In this document: positions 1 to 8,822 of the stretch, piece by piece | How positions within the stretch are numbered: the stretch's first letter is position 1 | How the letters are laid out: the number at the start of each line of letters is the position of its first letter | From: Gammaproteobacteria bacterium | GTDB taxonomy: Bacteria; Pseudomonadota; Gammaproteobacteria; Eutrophobiales; Eutrophobiaceae | Assembly: GCA_004297165.1 (NCBI GenBank) | Contig: SCUJ01000010.1 | Span: forward strand, 73,666 to 137,665 | DNA length: 64,000 bases | Reading direction: 5' to 3' | Made by a program: the position numbers and the translations under genes | Notes under the pieces: model-generated | Seen by the model: only the letters and a program-made list of their open reading frames with translations | Database searches by the model: none | What the model was told of the DNA's origin: nothing

Positions 1-1202
1 TCGCCGGGATTGATATCGACCTCCTGTGGAACGACCGCATCGCCCAGCGGATAGGGCTGGGTGGCGGCGGTCGCCTGGCGGGGCTCCTGCAGGACCGGTC
101 GCTCCTCGATGCCGATCAAGGGCTCGCCGGTCTTGCGCTCCAGCAGATAGACCCAGCCGGTCTTCCCGGCCTGCGCAATGCCCTTGCGCTTTACGCCGTC
201 GATCTCCGCATCGAAGAGGATGACAGGGTTCGCCGCGTCGTAGTCCCAGAGGTCGTGATGGACCTCCTGAAAATGCCAGCGGTACTTGCCGGTCTTCACC
301 TCCAGCGCCAGTACGGAGTCGGTGTAGAGATTGTCGCCGGGACGTGTGGCCCCGCTCAGGGCCGTGCCCGGATTGCCCGTGGCGAAATAGATCAGGCCCA
401 GTTCCGGATCGATCGCAGGCGTCTGCCAGAGCGGCGCGCCTCCGTACTTCCAGATGTCGTTATCCTGCGCCCAGGTGTCGTGGCCGGGTTCGCCGGGTCC
501 TGGGATTGTATAGAAGGTCCAGAGCAGGCTGCCGTCCTGTGCGGAGTAGGCGCTCACCCGGCCGCGGATGCCCATGTCCCCGCCCGCGAAACCGATGATG
601 ACCATACCGTCGTAATACAGGGGCGCGGCGGTGATGCTGTAGCCCTGCCGCGGGTTTTCGGCCTGGACGGACCAGGCCACCGCGCCGGTCTTTTGATCGA
701 GAGCGACCAGTTTCGCGTTCAACTGGCCGACGAAGACCTTGCCCTCGCCCATGCCCACGCCGCGGTTGACCCAGCCGCAGCACACCACGACATCCTCCGG
801 CGCGAGCTGGGCCTGATAGCTCCAGAGCACCGCGCCGGTGTCGATATCGATGGCGAAGACATCGTCCTGCCCCGTGGCGATGTACAGGACACCTTCGTAT
901 ACCAGCGGCTGGGCCTGTCCGGAATGTTGCGGCCCGAGTCCCGAACCGTTGAGGTCCGCCCGCCAGACGGCCTTGAGCTGGCCGACATTGCCCCTGTTGA
1001 TGCGGGTAAGCGGGGAGTAACGCTGATTGGAGAGGGCGCCCCCATAGGTAATCCAGCCGTTTCGCGGTTGGGCCGCAAGGTCCTTCGCGGAGAAGGCGGG
1101 CGCCGTGGCGATCCCGTCCGCGGCCTGCGCGGCGGCGGGCCATTCAAGCCCTGCGAGCGAGAGCGTCAGGAGCAGAAAAATGGGCAGGCACGTTGTCTTC
1201 AT
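1..1202 (-). CDS. PQQ-dependent dehydrogenase (alcohol/glucose dehydrogenase superfamily), secreted; 3' end runs off the window
   Basis: Hand translation (absent from ORF track): MKTTCLPIFLLLTLSLAG signal peptide, WITYGG..NQRYSPL, VVCCGWVNRG vicinal Cys, repeated Trp-docking beta-propeller motifs, ATGNP, HHDLWDYD. Confidence 0.9.
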   Translation of the reverse strand, partial: MKTTCLPIFLLLTLSLAGLEWPAAAQAADGIATAPAFSAKDLAAQPRNGWITYGGALSNQRYSPLTRINRGNVGQLKAVWRADLNGSGLGPQHSGQAQPLVYEGVLYIATGQDDVFAIDIDTGAVLWSYQAQLAPEDVVVCCGWVNRGVGMGEGKVFVGQLNAKLVALDQKTGAVAWSVQAENPRQGYSITAAPLYYDGMVIIGFAGGDMGIRGRVSAYSAQDGSLLWTFYTIPGPGEPGHDTWAQDNDIWKYGGAPLWQTPAIDPELGLIYFATGNPGTALSGATRPGDNLYTDSVLALEVKTGKYRWHFQEVHHDLWDYDAANPVILFDAEIDGVKRKGIAQAGKTGWVYLLERKTGEPLIGIEERPVLQEPRQATAATQPYPLGDAVVPQEVDINPG

Positions 1203-1285
1203 CCGGAGTCCCCCAGGGCGGAAATTCGTATATTCCCCAATATCGATCGGGGTTTGATGCCGCAGGCACTATAGGTGAACACCGG

Positions 1286-1305
1286 TGGCCGGACAAGTCC
1301 GGCCA
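1286..1305. repeat. Short perfect palindrome, REP-like
   Basis: TGGCCGGAC-AA-GTCCGGCCA, 9-bp stem in a divergent intergenic region. Confidence 0.5.
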
Positions 1306-1384
1306 TGTAGTGAATTGTTAATGACCGATCCTGTCCTAAACTTAGAATACACCCATCTCTAAGGAGCAATCCGGGAGAGTTGTA

Positions 1385-1915
1385 ATGAAGTCCATTCTTA
1401 CTGTTTTTTCACTGATACTGTTGTTGATGGCGGGAGCGAACGCCAACTCCCAGACCACGGGAACGCGACTCCTGCCCTATAAACAAAAGACCCTCGTCAT
1501 CTGGTACGACGAACCTCATGAGATCGCCGCAATCCGTAACCTGCTCCAGCAAGGTCATGGCGAAAAGGCGGTGAAACTGGCGCGGGAATTCGTCTTGACG
1601 GTGTCGGCCCTGGAATCGAGCGGGGAAGGTCAGGCAGTCCTGTACTATGCCCTGAATGCCTTGTGCGCCGCCCTGACCAAGACCGGCGAGTTGACCGAGG
1701 CGATAGGGACTTGCGACAAGGCCATCGATCTCGTCCCCTGGAAATGGCATGCCTACAACAACCGCGGGACCGCCCATTTCATCTCCAGGGATTACGCCAG
1801 CGCCCTGCGGGATTACCGTTCGGCCGGCGAGACCCTGAACGATGGCGAGGATGCCCGCTTCATCATCGAGAGCAACATCAAACTGGCGGAGTCCCGCCTC
1901 GCCGGCAGCCGCTGA
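1385..1915 (+). CDS. Exported tetratricopeptide-repeat protein
   Basis: Signal peptide; TPR pattern ALCAALTKTGELTEAIGTCDKAIDL...AYNNRGTAHF..DY..AL.DY. Confidence 0.8.
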   Translation: MKSILTVFSLILLLMAGANANSQTTGTRLLPYKQKTLVIWYDEPHEIAAIRNLLQQGHGEKAVKLAREFVLTVSALESSGEGQAVLYYALNALCAALTKTGELTEAIGTCDKAIDLVPWKWHAYNNRGTAHFISRDYASALRDYRSAGETLNDGEDARFIIESNIKLAESRLAGSR

Positions 1916-1945
1916 TCCGCAGACCAGCCGCCGCCGGTTGCGGAA

Positions 1946-3307
1946 TTATTTGAGCTTCAACTCGGCGACTACCCGGTTGTAGGCCTTCATGCCCACGATC
2001 AGCAGGATGATGCCGAAGGCATGCGCCGTGCTGCCCACCAGGGCCACGGATTTGCCGACGGCGGCGGTGTCCTGGAAGTGATACTGCGTGACTGAGGCGA
2101 TGATGTAGGACCCGAGCGCGAGCGCGATCAGATTCAGGATGAAGAAATACAGGGCGATGATCTGGCCGCGCATCTCGTTCGGCGTGATGGAATGCAGGGC
2201 GGCGGGCGCGAGCCCCACATGAAAGCTCATGAAGAAAAAAATGTGCGCGATGCAGCCCAGGGTCCAATACGGACTGTGCACGGCGACCAGCAGGACCACG
2301 CCCGGCAAGGTAATCAGTTGGGTCGCGATCATCACCTTGGAATACGCCGCCGTCACGCCCCGTTGCATGACCTTCTGCACCAGATAGCCGCCGCACACGA
2401 GACCGGCCGTCCCGAGGAACAGGATGATGCTGCCGAAGGGCAGACCGACCTGCGCGCGATTCCATTCGAAATTGCGCTCGAACAAGGCCGGGACCCAGGT
2501 CATCAGGCCGTAATTGGTCATCGCAAAACCGGATGGTGCGAGGATGAGCGTCGCGTAGGCAACCCAGTAACGGCGGATGTGACGGAAGGTCTCTGCGAGA
2601 CTGACCGTGCCTTCCACCGTAGCCTTCTCCCGCCGCACCGCCTCCTTTACCGAGAGCATCATGAACACGATGAGGATGCCGGGCAGGGAGACCAGCAGGA
2701 ACGCCAGTTGCCAGGGCTGGATCTCTCCCAGAACGGGGTAGGTCTGCGGACCGGTGGTCATGGCGTATTGCACCACGAGGCCGCCGAAGATGTTGGCGAG
2801 ACCAGCGCCGCACAGGACGCCCGCGGAATACACGCTGGTCGGCAGGCCCCGCTTGGCCGGCGGGAAACTGTCGGAGATGGTCGAGTAGGCGGCGGGACCC
2901 AGCGCCGCCTCGCCGACGCCGACGCCGATCCGGGCGAGAAAGAGCTGCCAATAATTGTTCGCCACGCCGCACATCCCCGTCATGAGGCTCCACGCGCCGA
3001 CGCCGATCGCCATCATGTTGCGGCGGTTGGCGCGATCGGCAAGCCAGCCAAGCGGGATCCCCATGATCGTATAAAACAGCGTAAAAGCGAGGCCGTGCAG
3101 AAGGCTGAATTGCACCTCGGTGATCTGGAAGTCCTGTTTGATCGGGTCGATGAGGAAGGCGATGATCTGCCGGTCGACGAACGACAAGGTATAGGCCAGA
3201 TAGAGGATGATCACCACATACCAGGCGTAACCGGACGCAGGATAGGGAATTTCGGCCGCAACATTGGCGCTGCCACGCGTGGCATTACTCGGTTTATTCA
3301 CGACCAC
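1946..3307 (-). CDS. MFS transporter, spinster-like
   Basis: SFVDRQIIAFL, GWLADRANRR motif A, RIGVGVGEAA, about 12 hydrophobic segments; start may be 3301. Confidence 0.9.
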   Translation of the reverse strand: MVVNKPSNATRGSANVAAEIPYPASGYAWYVVIILYLAYTLSFVDRQIIAFLIDPIKQDFQITEVQFSLLHGLAFTLFYTIMGIPLGWLADRANRRNMMAIGVGAWSLMTGMCGVANNYWQLFLARIGVGVGEAALGPAAYSTISDSFPPAKRGLPTSVYSAGVLCGAGLANIFGGLVVQYAMTTGPQTYPVLGEIQPWQLAFLLVSLPGILIVFMMLSVKEAVRREKATVEGTVSLAETFRHIRRYWVAYATLILAPSGFAMTNYGLMTWVPALFERNFEWNRAQVGLPFGSIILFLGTAGLVCGGYLVQKVMQRGVTAAYSKVMIATQLITLPGVVLLVAVHSPYWTLGCIAHIFFFMSFHVGLAPAALHSITPNEMRGQIIALYFFILNLIALALGSYIIASVTQYHFQDTAAVGKSVALVGSTAHAFGIILLIVGMKAYNRVVAELKLK

Positions 3308-3405
3308 CCTCCCCCTGTTTTGGATGTTTTAATTCTTGTTATAAGCGGCGATTGTAATGGAATTTCCACTGTGTCGTAACCGGGATCGCGCCCCTTGCCG
3401 CGTAT

Positions 3406-4218
3406 TTACCAGGGTTGATCCTTCCCGTCGTTCTGCAGGAACCGGCCGCTGTCCTTGATGGTGAGACCGTCGATGGTCTGCATCATCTTGCCGATGGCCT
3501 CCTCGGGCGGGACCATTCCCGGCATCTTGTTGTCGCCGAAACTCTCCACCTGGACCCCGCCCGGATGGAACATCACCACCGTCACACCCTCGTCGGCGAG
3601 TTCCACCGCGAGCAGCCGCATGGCGCTGTTCAGGGCCGCCTTGGTGATCCGGTACCAGTAGTGGTCGGCGGAGCGCGGCGCGATCGTGACCATGCCGGCG
3701 GCGGAGCTGATGGTCACGATCATCTTGCGCTGGCTCGCGATAAGGTTATCGCGGAATTCCTCGGCGATCATGAGCGGGCCGGCCACGTTGGTATGCATGA
3801 ACTGGTCCATGTGATCGTAATCCAGCGTGCCGAACAATTGGCCCTTGTTACCCTCCCGGTCGCGGATATCGGCAAAGCGAATCAGCGCGGCATTGTTCAG
3901 GATGATATCGATGGGCTGCCCCTTCAGCCTTTCCGCGAGCGCGGCGATCTCGTCTTTCTTAGTAACATCCATGCGCTCAGGTTTGACGGTGTCGGGATAC
4001 TGCTTTTGCAGTTCCGCCAGGGTGTCCGGGGTCTCCGATCGGCGATGGGTGGCGATCACCGTCCAGCCGCGGGCGGCGAACTGTTTGGCGAATTCGAGCC
4101 CGATACCCTGATTGGAATCCGTGACCAGCACAGTCTCCGCGCGGACCGGCAGAGCGCAGAGCAGACCCAGTAAAGCGCCCGCGGCCAGTATCCGGAAAAA
4201 ACGTTGTACGACCTTCAT
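3406..4218 (-). CDS. SDR oxidoreductase, CsgA (C-factor)-like, with N-terminal signal-peptide-like leader
   Basis: TDSNQGIGLEF (variant of TGxxxGxG), NNAA, YRITK catalytic motif, HPGGVQ. Confidence 0.85.
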   Translation of the reverse strand: MKVVQRFFRILAAGALLGLLCALPVRAETVLVTDSNQGIGLEFAKQFAARGWTVIATHRRSETPDTLAELQKQYPDTVKPERMDVTKKDEIAALAERLKGQPIDIILNNAALIRFADIRDREGNKGQLFGTLDYDHMDQFMHTNVAGPLMIAEEFRDNLIASQRKMIVTISSAAGMVTIAPRSADHYWYRITKAALNSAMRLLAVELADEGVTVVMFHPGGVQVESFGDNKMPGMVPPEEAIGKMMQTIDGLTIKDSGRFLQNDGKDQPW

Positions 4219-4250
4219 GACGATTCTCCTCCCAAATATTTATTATCTAA

Positions 4251-4359
4251 GGAAACTCTGAATAAGTACTCACCGTTCGGGCTGAGCTTGTCGAAGCCCT
4301 TGATTTTACGAGTGCGCATTTCGACAGGCTCAATGCGAACGGACTTATTCAGAGTTTCC
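4251..4359. mobile_element. MITE, 109 bp, IS5-like terminal inverted repeats, internal REP-like doublet
   Basis: GGAAACTCTGAATAAGT (4251-4267) and its exact reverse complement ACTTATTCAGAGTTTCC (4343-4359); CTAA directly flanks both ends (4247-4250, 4360-4363). Confidence 0.8.
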
Positions 4360-4366
4360 CTAATGC

Positions 4367-6856
4367 TCACACGCGGCGCAACGCCACCATAGGCGGAGTA
4401 TGCAGCACCCGGCGCGTCCCCGCCAGACCGCCCCCGACGATGACCGCGACACAAACCAGCGGTCCAACCACCCAGACCCAGGGATTGATGAGGATATCGA
4501 TCTGGAAGACGAAGCGCGCAAGGACGAATTCCACGACCGAGGCGGCGATCGCCGCGAGCACGCCGGCGATCAGCCCCAGACAGAAAAATTCCGCCACAAG
4601 GCCGGCGAGTATCTGCCGGCGGTTGGCGCCCAGGGCGGAGAGCAGGGCGGACTCGTGGCTGCGTTCGTCGTGCGTGGTTTGCAAGGCGGCGAGCAGGACG
4701 ATCACGCCGGAAAGCAGGGTGAAGCCGAAGACGAATTCCACGGCCCTGACCACGCGGTCCATGATGCTGCGGACCTGATTGATCAGGGCATCGATATCGA
4801 CGACGGTGACGCTGGGGAAACGCCTGACCAGATCGAACATCAGTTGCCGGTCCTCGGGCGGCAGGTAAAAACTCGTTATCCAGGCGCCGGGGTAATCATC
4901 CAAAGAGCCTGGGCTCGCGATTACGAAAAAATTGGCATTGAAGGAATCCCATTCCACCTGGCGCAGACTGGAGATGCGCCCCTCGATCTCCTGGCCGCCG
5001 ATGCTGAAGCGCAAGGTGTCATCGACCTTCACCCTGAGATCCAGGGCGATCCCCGTTTCGAGCGAGAATTCGACGCCTTCGCCGCCATCTTCGGGCCACC
5101 AACGGCCGGCGGTAATGCGGTTATCCGTCTGCAATCTCGCGGACCAGGTGAGGTTGTATTCCCGGTTGGCCATGCGCCGGCCTTCCATTCCGGCCAGCGC
5201 GGTCTCCGTGAGCGGACTGCCGTTGATGGCGGTGAGCCGGGCCCGGATCATGGGATAGATATCCCCGGTGATCGCGGCCCGCTCGCGCAGGAATTCCCGC
5301 AACTCCGCGACCTGATCCTGCTGGATGTTGATCAGGAAATAATTCGGCGCGCCTGGCGGTATGGTGTTGCGCCAAGTGTCCAGCAGGTCCGTGCGCACCA
5401 GGGTCAGGAGGATCATGACCATGACCCCGAGACCGATGCCCAGGATCTGCGCGACGCTCTGGCCACGACGCCGGGCGATGTTGGAGAGTCCGTAACGCGC
5501 CGCAGTCCCCACACGCGCCCGCAACTTGTTCAGTATCCGGATTACCCCCGAGGTGACCACGACCAGCAGCAGGGCGGTGACCAGTACACCGGCGAGTGTA
5601 TAGAGCGTGACCTGGTAATTATCCACCCGCCAGGGCGAGAGGGCCGCGAGCGCCAGGACGGAAACGGCATAAGTGGCGGCCGCACCCGGCGGGACCGGGG
5701 CCAATTCGCGGCGCAGCACTCGTAGCGGCGCGACCTGGCGCAGACGGATGATCTGCGGCAGCGCGAAACCCAGCACGGTGACCACGCCCGCGGTCATCCC
5801 GGTAAAGACCGGTCGCAAGCTGGGCGATGGAATGGCGTACTGAGTCATTCCGCTCATCATGGAGGTCAGGATCTCCTGGGCGATGTAACCCAGCAGGCAG
5901 CCGCCGAGACTGCCAGCCAGCGCCAACACCAGCAATTGCGTGAGATAGATCCTGAGGATCGTGGTCTGCTCCGCGCCGAGGCAGCGCATGATGGCGCAAT
6001 TGTCATAATGCCGGATCGCATAGCGGCGCGCCGACATGGCAACCGCCAGCCCCGCGAGCGCGATGCTGACCAGGGCGGAGAGTCCCAGGAATTGTTCCGC
6101 CCGCTCCAGCGCCCTGCGCAACTCCGGCCGGGTGTCGCGGATGCTTTGGATCCGCAGACGCTCCTCGCGCCGCTTCGCCTCCAGTTCCTTGCGGAATACC
6201 TCCAACTCATCGGCGCCGCCGCCGACCAGGAGATAATACTGGACCCGGCTGCCCGGCAGGATGAGACCGGTGGCCTCGAGGTCCGCCTGATTCATCAACA
6301 GGCGCGGGGCGATGGAGAACAAATCCCCGCCCCGATCCGGTTCATAGGTCAGAATCTTCGCGACTTTGAAGCTGGATCGGCCAAGTTGTACAACAGCGCC
6401 GACAGCCAGTCCGAGATCCTGCAAGAGCCGCGCATCCACCCACACGCTGCCCGGCGTTGGCATGCCGCCGCTCGTCTCGGCCCCGAACAGGGTATCGCTG
6501 CTGCGCAAGGCCCCGCGGATTGGATAGCCGGCCTCCACCGCCTTGACCTCGGACATCTGCATCTTGTCGCCGACCACCACGACGCTGTTGAAGCTTGCTG
6601 TACGGGTGGTCACGAGGCCGAGATCGTGCGCCCGGGCGATGATCTCCGGCTTGATCGGATCGCGTCCCCGCACGACCAGATCGGCGGCCAGGAGTTCGGT
6701 GGCCTGAAGTTCAGTCGCCAGACGGATCCGGTCGGTAAAAAAATTGACGGAGGTAAGGCTCGCCACCGCGACCAGGACCGCGATCGCGATCAGGCGCAAC
6801 TCGCCGGACCGCCAGTCGCGGATCAGGCCGTTCAGGGCGAAGCGCAGTGAGCGCAT
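4367..6856 (-). CDS. ybbP: ABC transporter permease, YbbP family (two FtsX domains)
   Basis: RDWRSGELRLI, QATELLAADLV, N-terminal and internal FtsX-like TM clusters; TGATG coupling with upstream ATPase. Confidence 0.85.
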   Translation of the reverse strand: MRSLRFALNGLIRDWRSGELRLIAIAVLVAVASLTSVNFFTDRIRLATELQATELLAADLVVRGRDPIKPEIIARAHDLGLVTTRTASFNSVVVVGDKMQMSEVKAVEAGYPIRGALRSSDTLFGAETSGGMPTPGSVWVDARLLQDLGLAVGAVVQLGRSSFKVAKILTYEPDRGGDLFSIAPRLLMNQADLEATGLILPGSRVQYYLLVGGGADELEVFRKELEAKRREERLRIQSIRDTRPELRRALERAEQFLGLSALVSIALAGLAVAMSARRYAIRHYDNCAIMRCLGAEQTTILRIYLTQLLVLALAGSLGGCLLGYIAQEILTSMMSGMTQYAIPSPSLRPVFTGMTAGVVTVLGFALPQIIRLRQVAPLRVLRRELAPVPPGAAATYAVSVLALAALSPWRVDNYQVTLYTLAGVLVTALLLVVVTSGVIRILNKLRARVGTAARYGLSNIARRRGQSVAQILGIGLGVMVMILLTLVRTDLLDTWRNTIPPGAPNYFLINIQQDQVAELREFLRERAAITGDIYPMIRARLTAINGSPLTETALAGMEGRRMANREYNLTWSARLQTDNRITAGRWWPEDGGEGVEFSLETGIALDLRVKVDDTLRFSIGGQEIEGRISSLRQVEWDSFNANFFVIASPGSLDDYPGAWITSFYLPPEDRQLMFDLVRRFPSVTVVDIDALINQVRSIMDRVVRAVEFVFGFTLLSGVIVLLAALQTTHDERSHESALLSALGANRRQILAGLVAEFFCLGLIAGVLAAIAASVVEFVLARFVFQIDILINPWVWVVGPLVCVAVIVGGGLAGTRRVLHTPPMVALRRV

Positions 6857-7542
6857 CAGGCCGCGCCGGTCATCCGGCCCCCCGCGAGGGTGATGCTGCG
6901 GGCGCAATGATCAGCAATCGCCCGATCATGGGTGACAAGAACCAGGGTGGCGCCCCGTTCCCGATTGAGGCGGAACAGGAGGTCGATGACCTGCTGGGCG
7001 GTTTTCTGATCGAGATTCCCGGTCGGCTCATCCGCGAACAACACGCGCGGGTTGCCGGCGAAGGCCCGCGCGATCGCGACGCGTTGCTGCTCGCCGCCCG
7101 ACAACTGGCTGGGATAGTGATGCAGACGGTGCTCCAGACCCACCTCGGTAAGGCGTTCCCGCGCCTCCGCGACAGGGTCAGACCGGCCGGCGAGTTCGAG
7201 CGGTAGCATCACGTTTTCCAGCGCGGTAAGGCCCGGCAGCAACTGGAAGGATTGAAACACGAAACCGACTTGTTGGCTGCGCAGGCGCGCGCGTCCGTCT
7301 TCATCCAGCGCGCAGATATTGACGCCATCGAACAGGATTTGCCCGCTGGTCGGTACATCGAGACCGGCGAGCAGGCCGAGCAATGTGGACTTCCCGGAAC
7401 CGGAAACACCGACAATCGCCAGTGTCTCGCCTTCCAGGATGTTGAAATTGATATCCTGGAGGATCGCCAGTTCGCCTTCGGGGCTGGTAACTTGCTTTCC
7501 CAGATCCGCTGCCTGCAAAATAGGGCCCGAGACCCGCGCCAT
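6856..7542 (-). CDS. ybbA: ABC transporter ATP-binding protein, YbbA/LolD family
   Basis: GVSGSGKST Walker [25 protein letters not shown]. Confidence 0.9.
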   Translation of the reverse strand: MARVSGPILQAADLGKQVTSPEGELAILQDINFNILEGETLAIVGVSGSGKSTLLGLLAGLDVPTSGQILFDGVNICALDEDGRARLRSQQVGFVFQSFQLLPGLTALENVMLPLELAGRSDPVAEARERLTEVGLEHRLHHYPSQLSGGEQQRVAIARAFAGNPRVLFADEPTGNLDQKTAQQVIDLLFRLNRERGATLVLVTHDRAIADHCARSITLAGGRMTGAA

Positions 7543-8164
7543 GATTAAAAGACTCCTTATTATTGTTTCAATTAATTGTCTGCTCTCCGCGACTGCCGTT
7601 GCCGGCAACATCCTGGTGCTTGCAGACAGTCTCAGCGCCAGTTATGGCATCGCGATTGAGGACGGCTGGGTGGCATTACTGCAGGAACGTCTGCGCCTGC
7701 AAGGTTACAATTATCGGGTGATCAACGCCAGCATAAGCGGCGACACCACCGCCGGGGCGGCGGCCAGGCTCGGGCCGTTGCTCGAGCGCGAACGCCCGGA
7801 TATCGCCATCATCGAACTCGGCGGCAATGACGGGCTGCGGGGACTGCCCATAACGGAAATAAGGGATAACCTTGCGCGGATAATCCGGCAATTCAAGCGA
7901 CTCAACAGCAGGGTTCTGCTGCTGCCGATGCAGATACCGCCGAATTATGGCGAGGTCTACACAACCAAACTCACCGGGATCTATGCTGAATTGGCGCAGG
8001 CGGAAGGAGTCAGATTAGGCCGGTTCATCCTCGATAAGATCGTGCTCGAACATCCGGAACTGATGCAGGACGATGGCATTCATCCCAAGGCAGAGGCCCA
8101 ACCCATGATGCTCGACAATATCTGGAACGACTTGCAACCCCTGCTGACCGAGCCGGCGCGATAA
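7541..8164 (+). CDS. tesA: Arylesterase/acyl-CoA thioesterase I (SGNH), TesA family
   Basis: ADSLSASYG (GDSL variant), NASISGDTT, ELGGNDGLRG, QDDGIHP; divergent and overlapping ybbA as in enterobacteria. Confidence 0.85.
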   Translation: MIKRLLIIVSINCLLSATAVAGNILVLADSLSASYGIAIEDGWVALLQERLRLQGYNYRVINASISGDTTAGAAARLGPLLERERPDIAIIELGGNDGLRGLPITEIRDNLARIIRQFKRLNSRVLLLPMQIPPNYGEVYTTKLTGIYAELAQAEGVRLGRFILDKIVLEHPELMQDDGIHPKAEAQPMMLDNIWNDLQPLLTEPAR

Positions 8165-8167
8165 CGA

Positions 8168-8731
8168 ATGAAATACTGTAGCGAATGCGGCGCCGACGTT
8201 GAGTTCCAGGTCCCTCCAGGCGACGAACGCCAGCGTTATGTTTGTAGCCGCTGCGGCTATATTCATTACCAGAATCCCAGACTCGTGGTCGGCAGCCTGC
8301 CGATCTGGGAGGATCGGATCCTGCTCTGCCGGCGCGCCATCGAGCCGCGCTATGGTTTATGGACCCTGCCGGCGGGATTCATGGAACTCGGCGAAACGAC
8401 GCTGGAGGCCGCGACGCGGGAAACCCGCGAGGAGGCCAGGGCCAGGATCCACATCGACGGATTGTATGTCGTCATCAATCTCCCGGAAGTGAATCAGGTA
8501 TACATGATGTTTCGCGCCGAGTTGCTGGATCTCGATTTCAGCCCCGGCACAGAGAGTCTGGAAGTGAAACTCTGCACGGAAGACGAGATCCCCTGGAATG
8601 AACTGGCCTTCGGCACGATCCGGCATACCCTCAATCACTATTTCCTTGACCGGCGGGCGGGTCTCTATCCTCTGCATCTCGGCGATATCGTCAAGGACGG
8701 CGAGCATTACGTTTACCGGAGTTTCTGCTAG
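8168..8731 (+). CDS. NUDIX hydrolase with N-terminal zinc ribbon
   Basis: CxxC...CxxC; GFMELGETTLEAATRETREEA Nudix box. Confidence 0.9.
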   Translation: MKYCSECGADVEFQVPPGDERQRYVCSRCGYIHYQNPRLVVGSLPIWEDRILLCRRAIEPRYGLWTLPAGFMELGETTLEAATRETREEARARIHIDGLYVVINLPEVNQVYMMFRAELLDLDFSPGTESLEVKLCTEDEIPWNELAFGTIRHTLNHYFLDRRAGLYPLHLGDIVKDGEHYVYRSFC

Positions 8732-8822
8732 AACCTGGCGTAAATTGCGCTTGAATAAATAACGCGGATCGTTATTGTATGCGGCTCTTTTTCAGCATCC
8801 GCATCCCCTCCGGAGGAAGTTT

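Noticed and set aside
255-1274. 339-aa plus-strand ORF
   Set aside because: Antisense shadow of the PQQ dehydrogenase; no motifs
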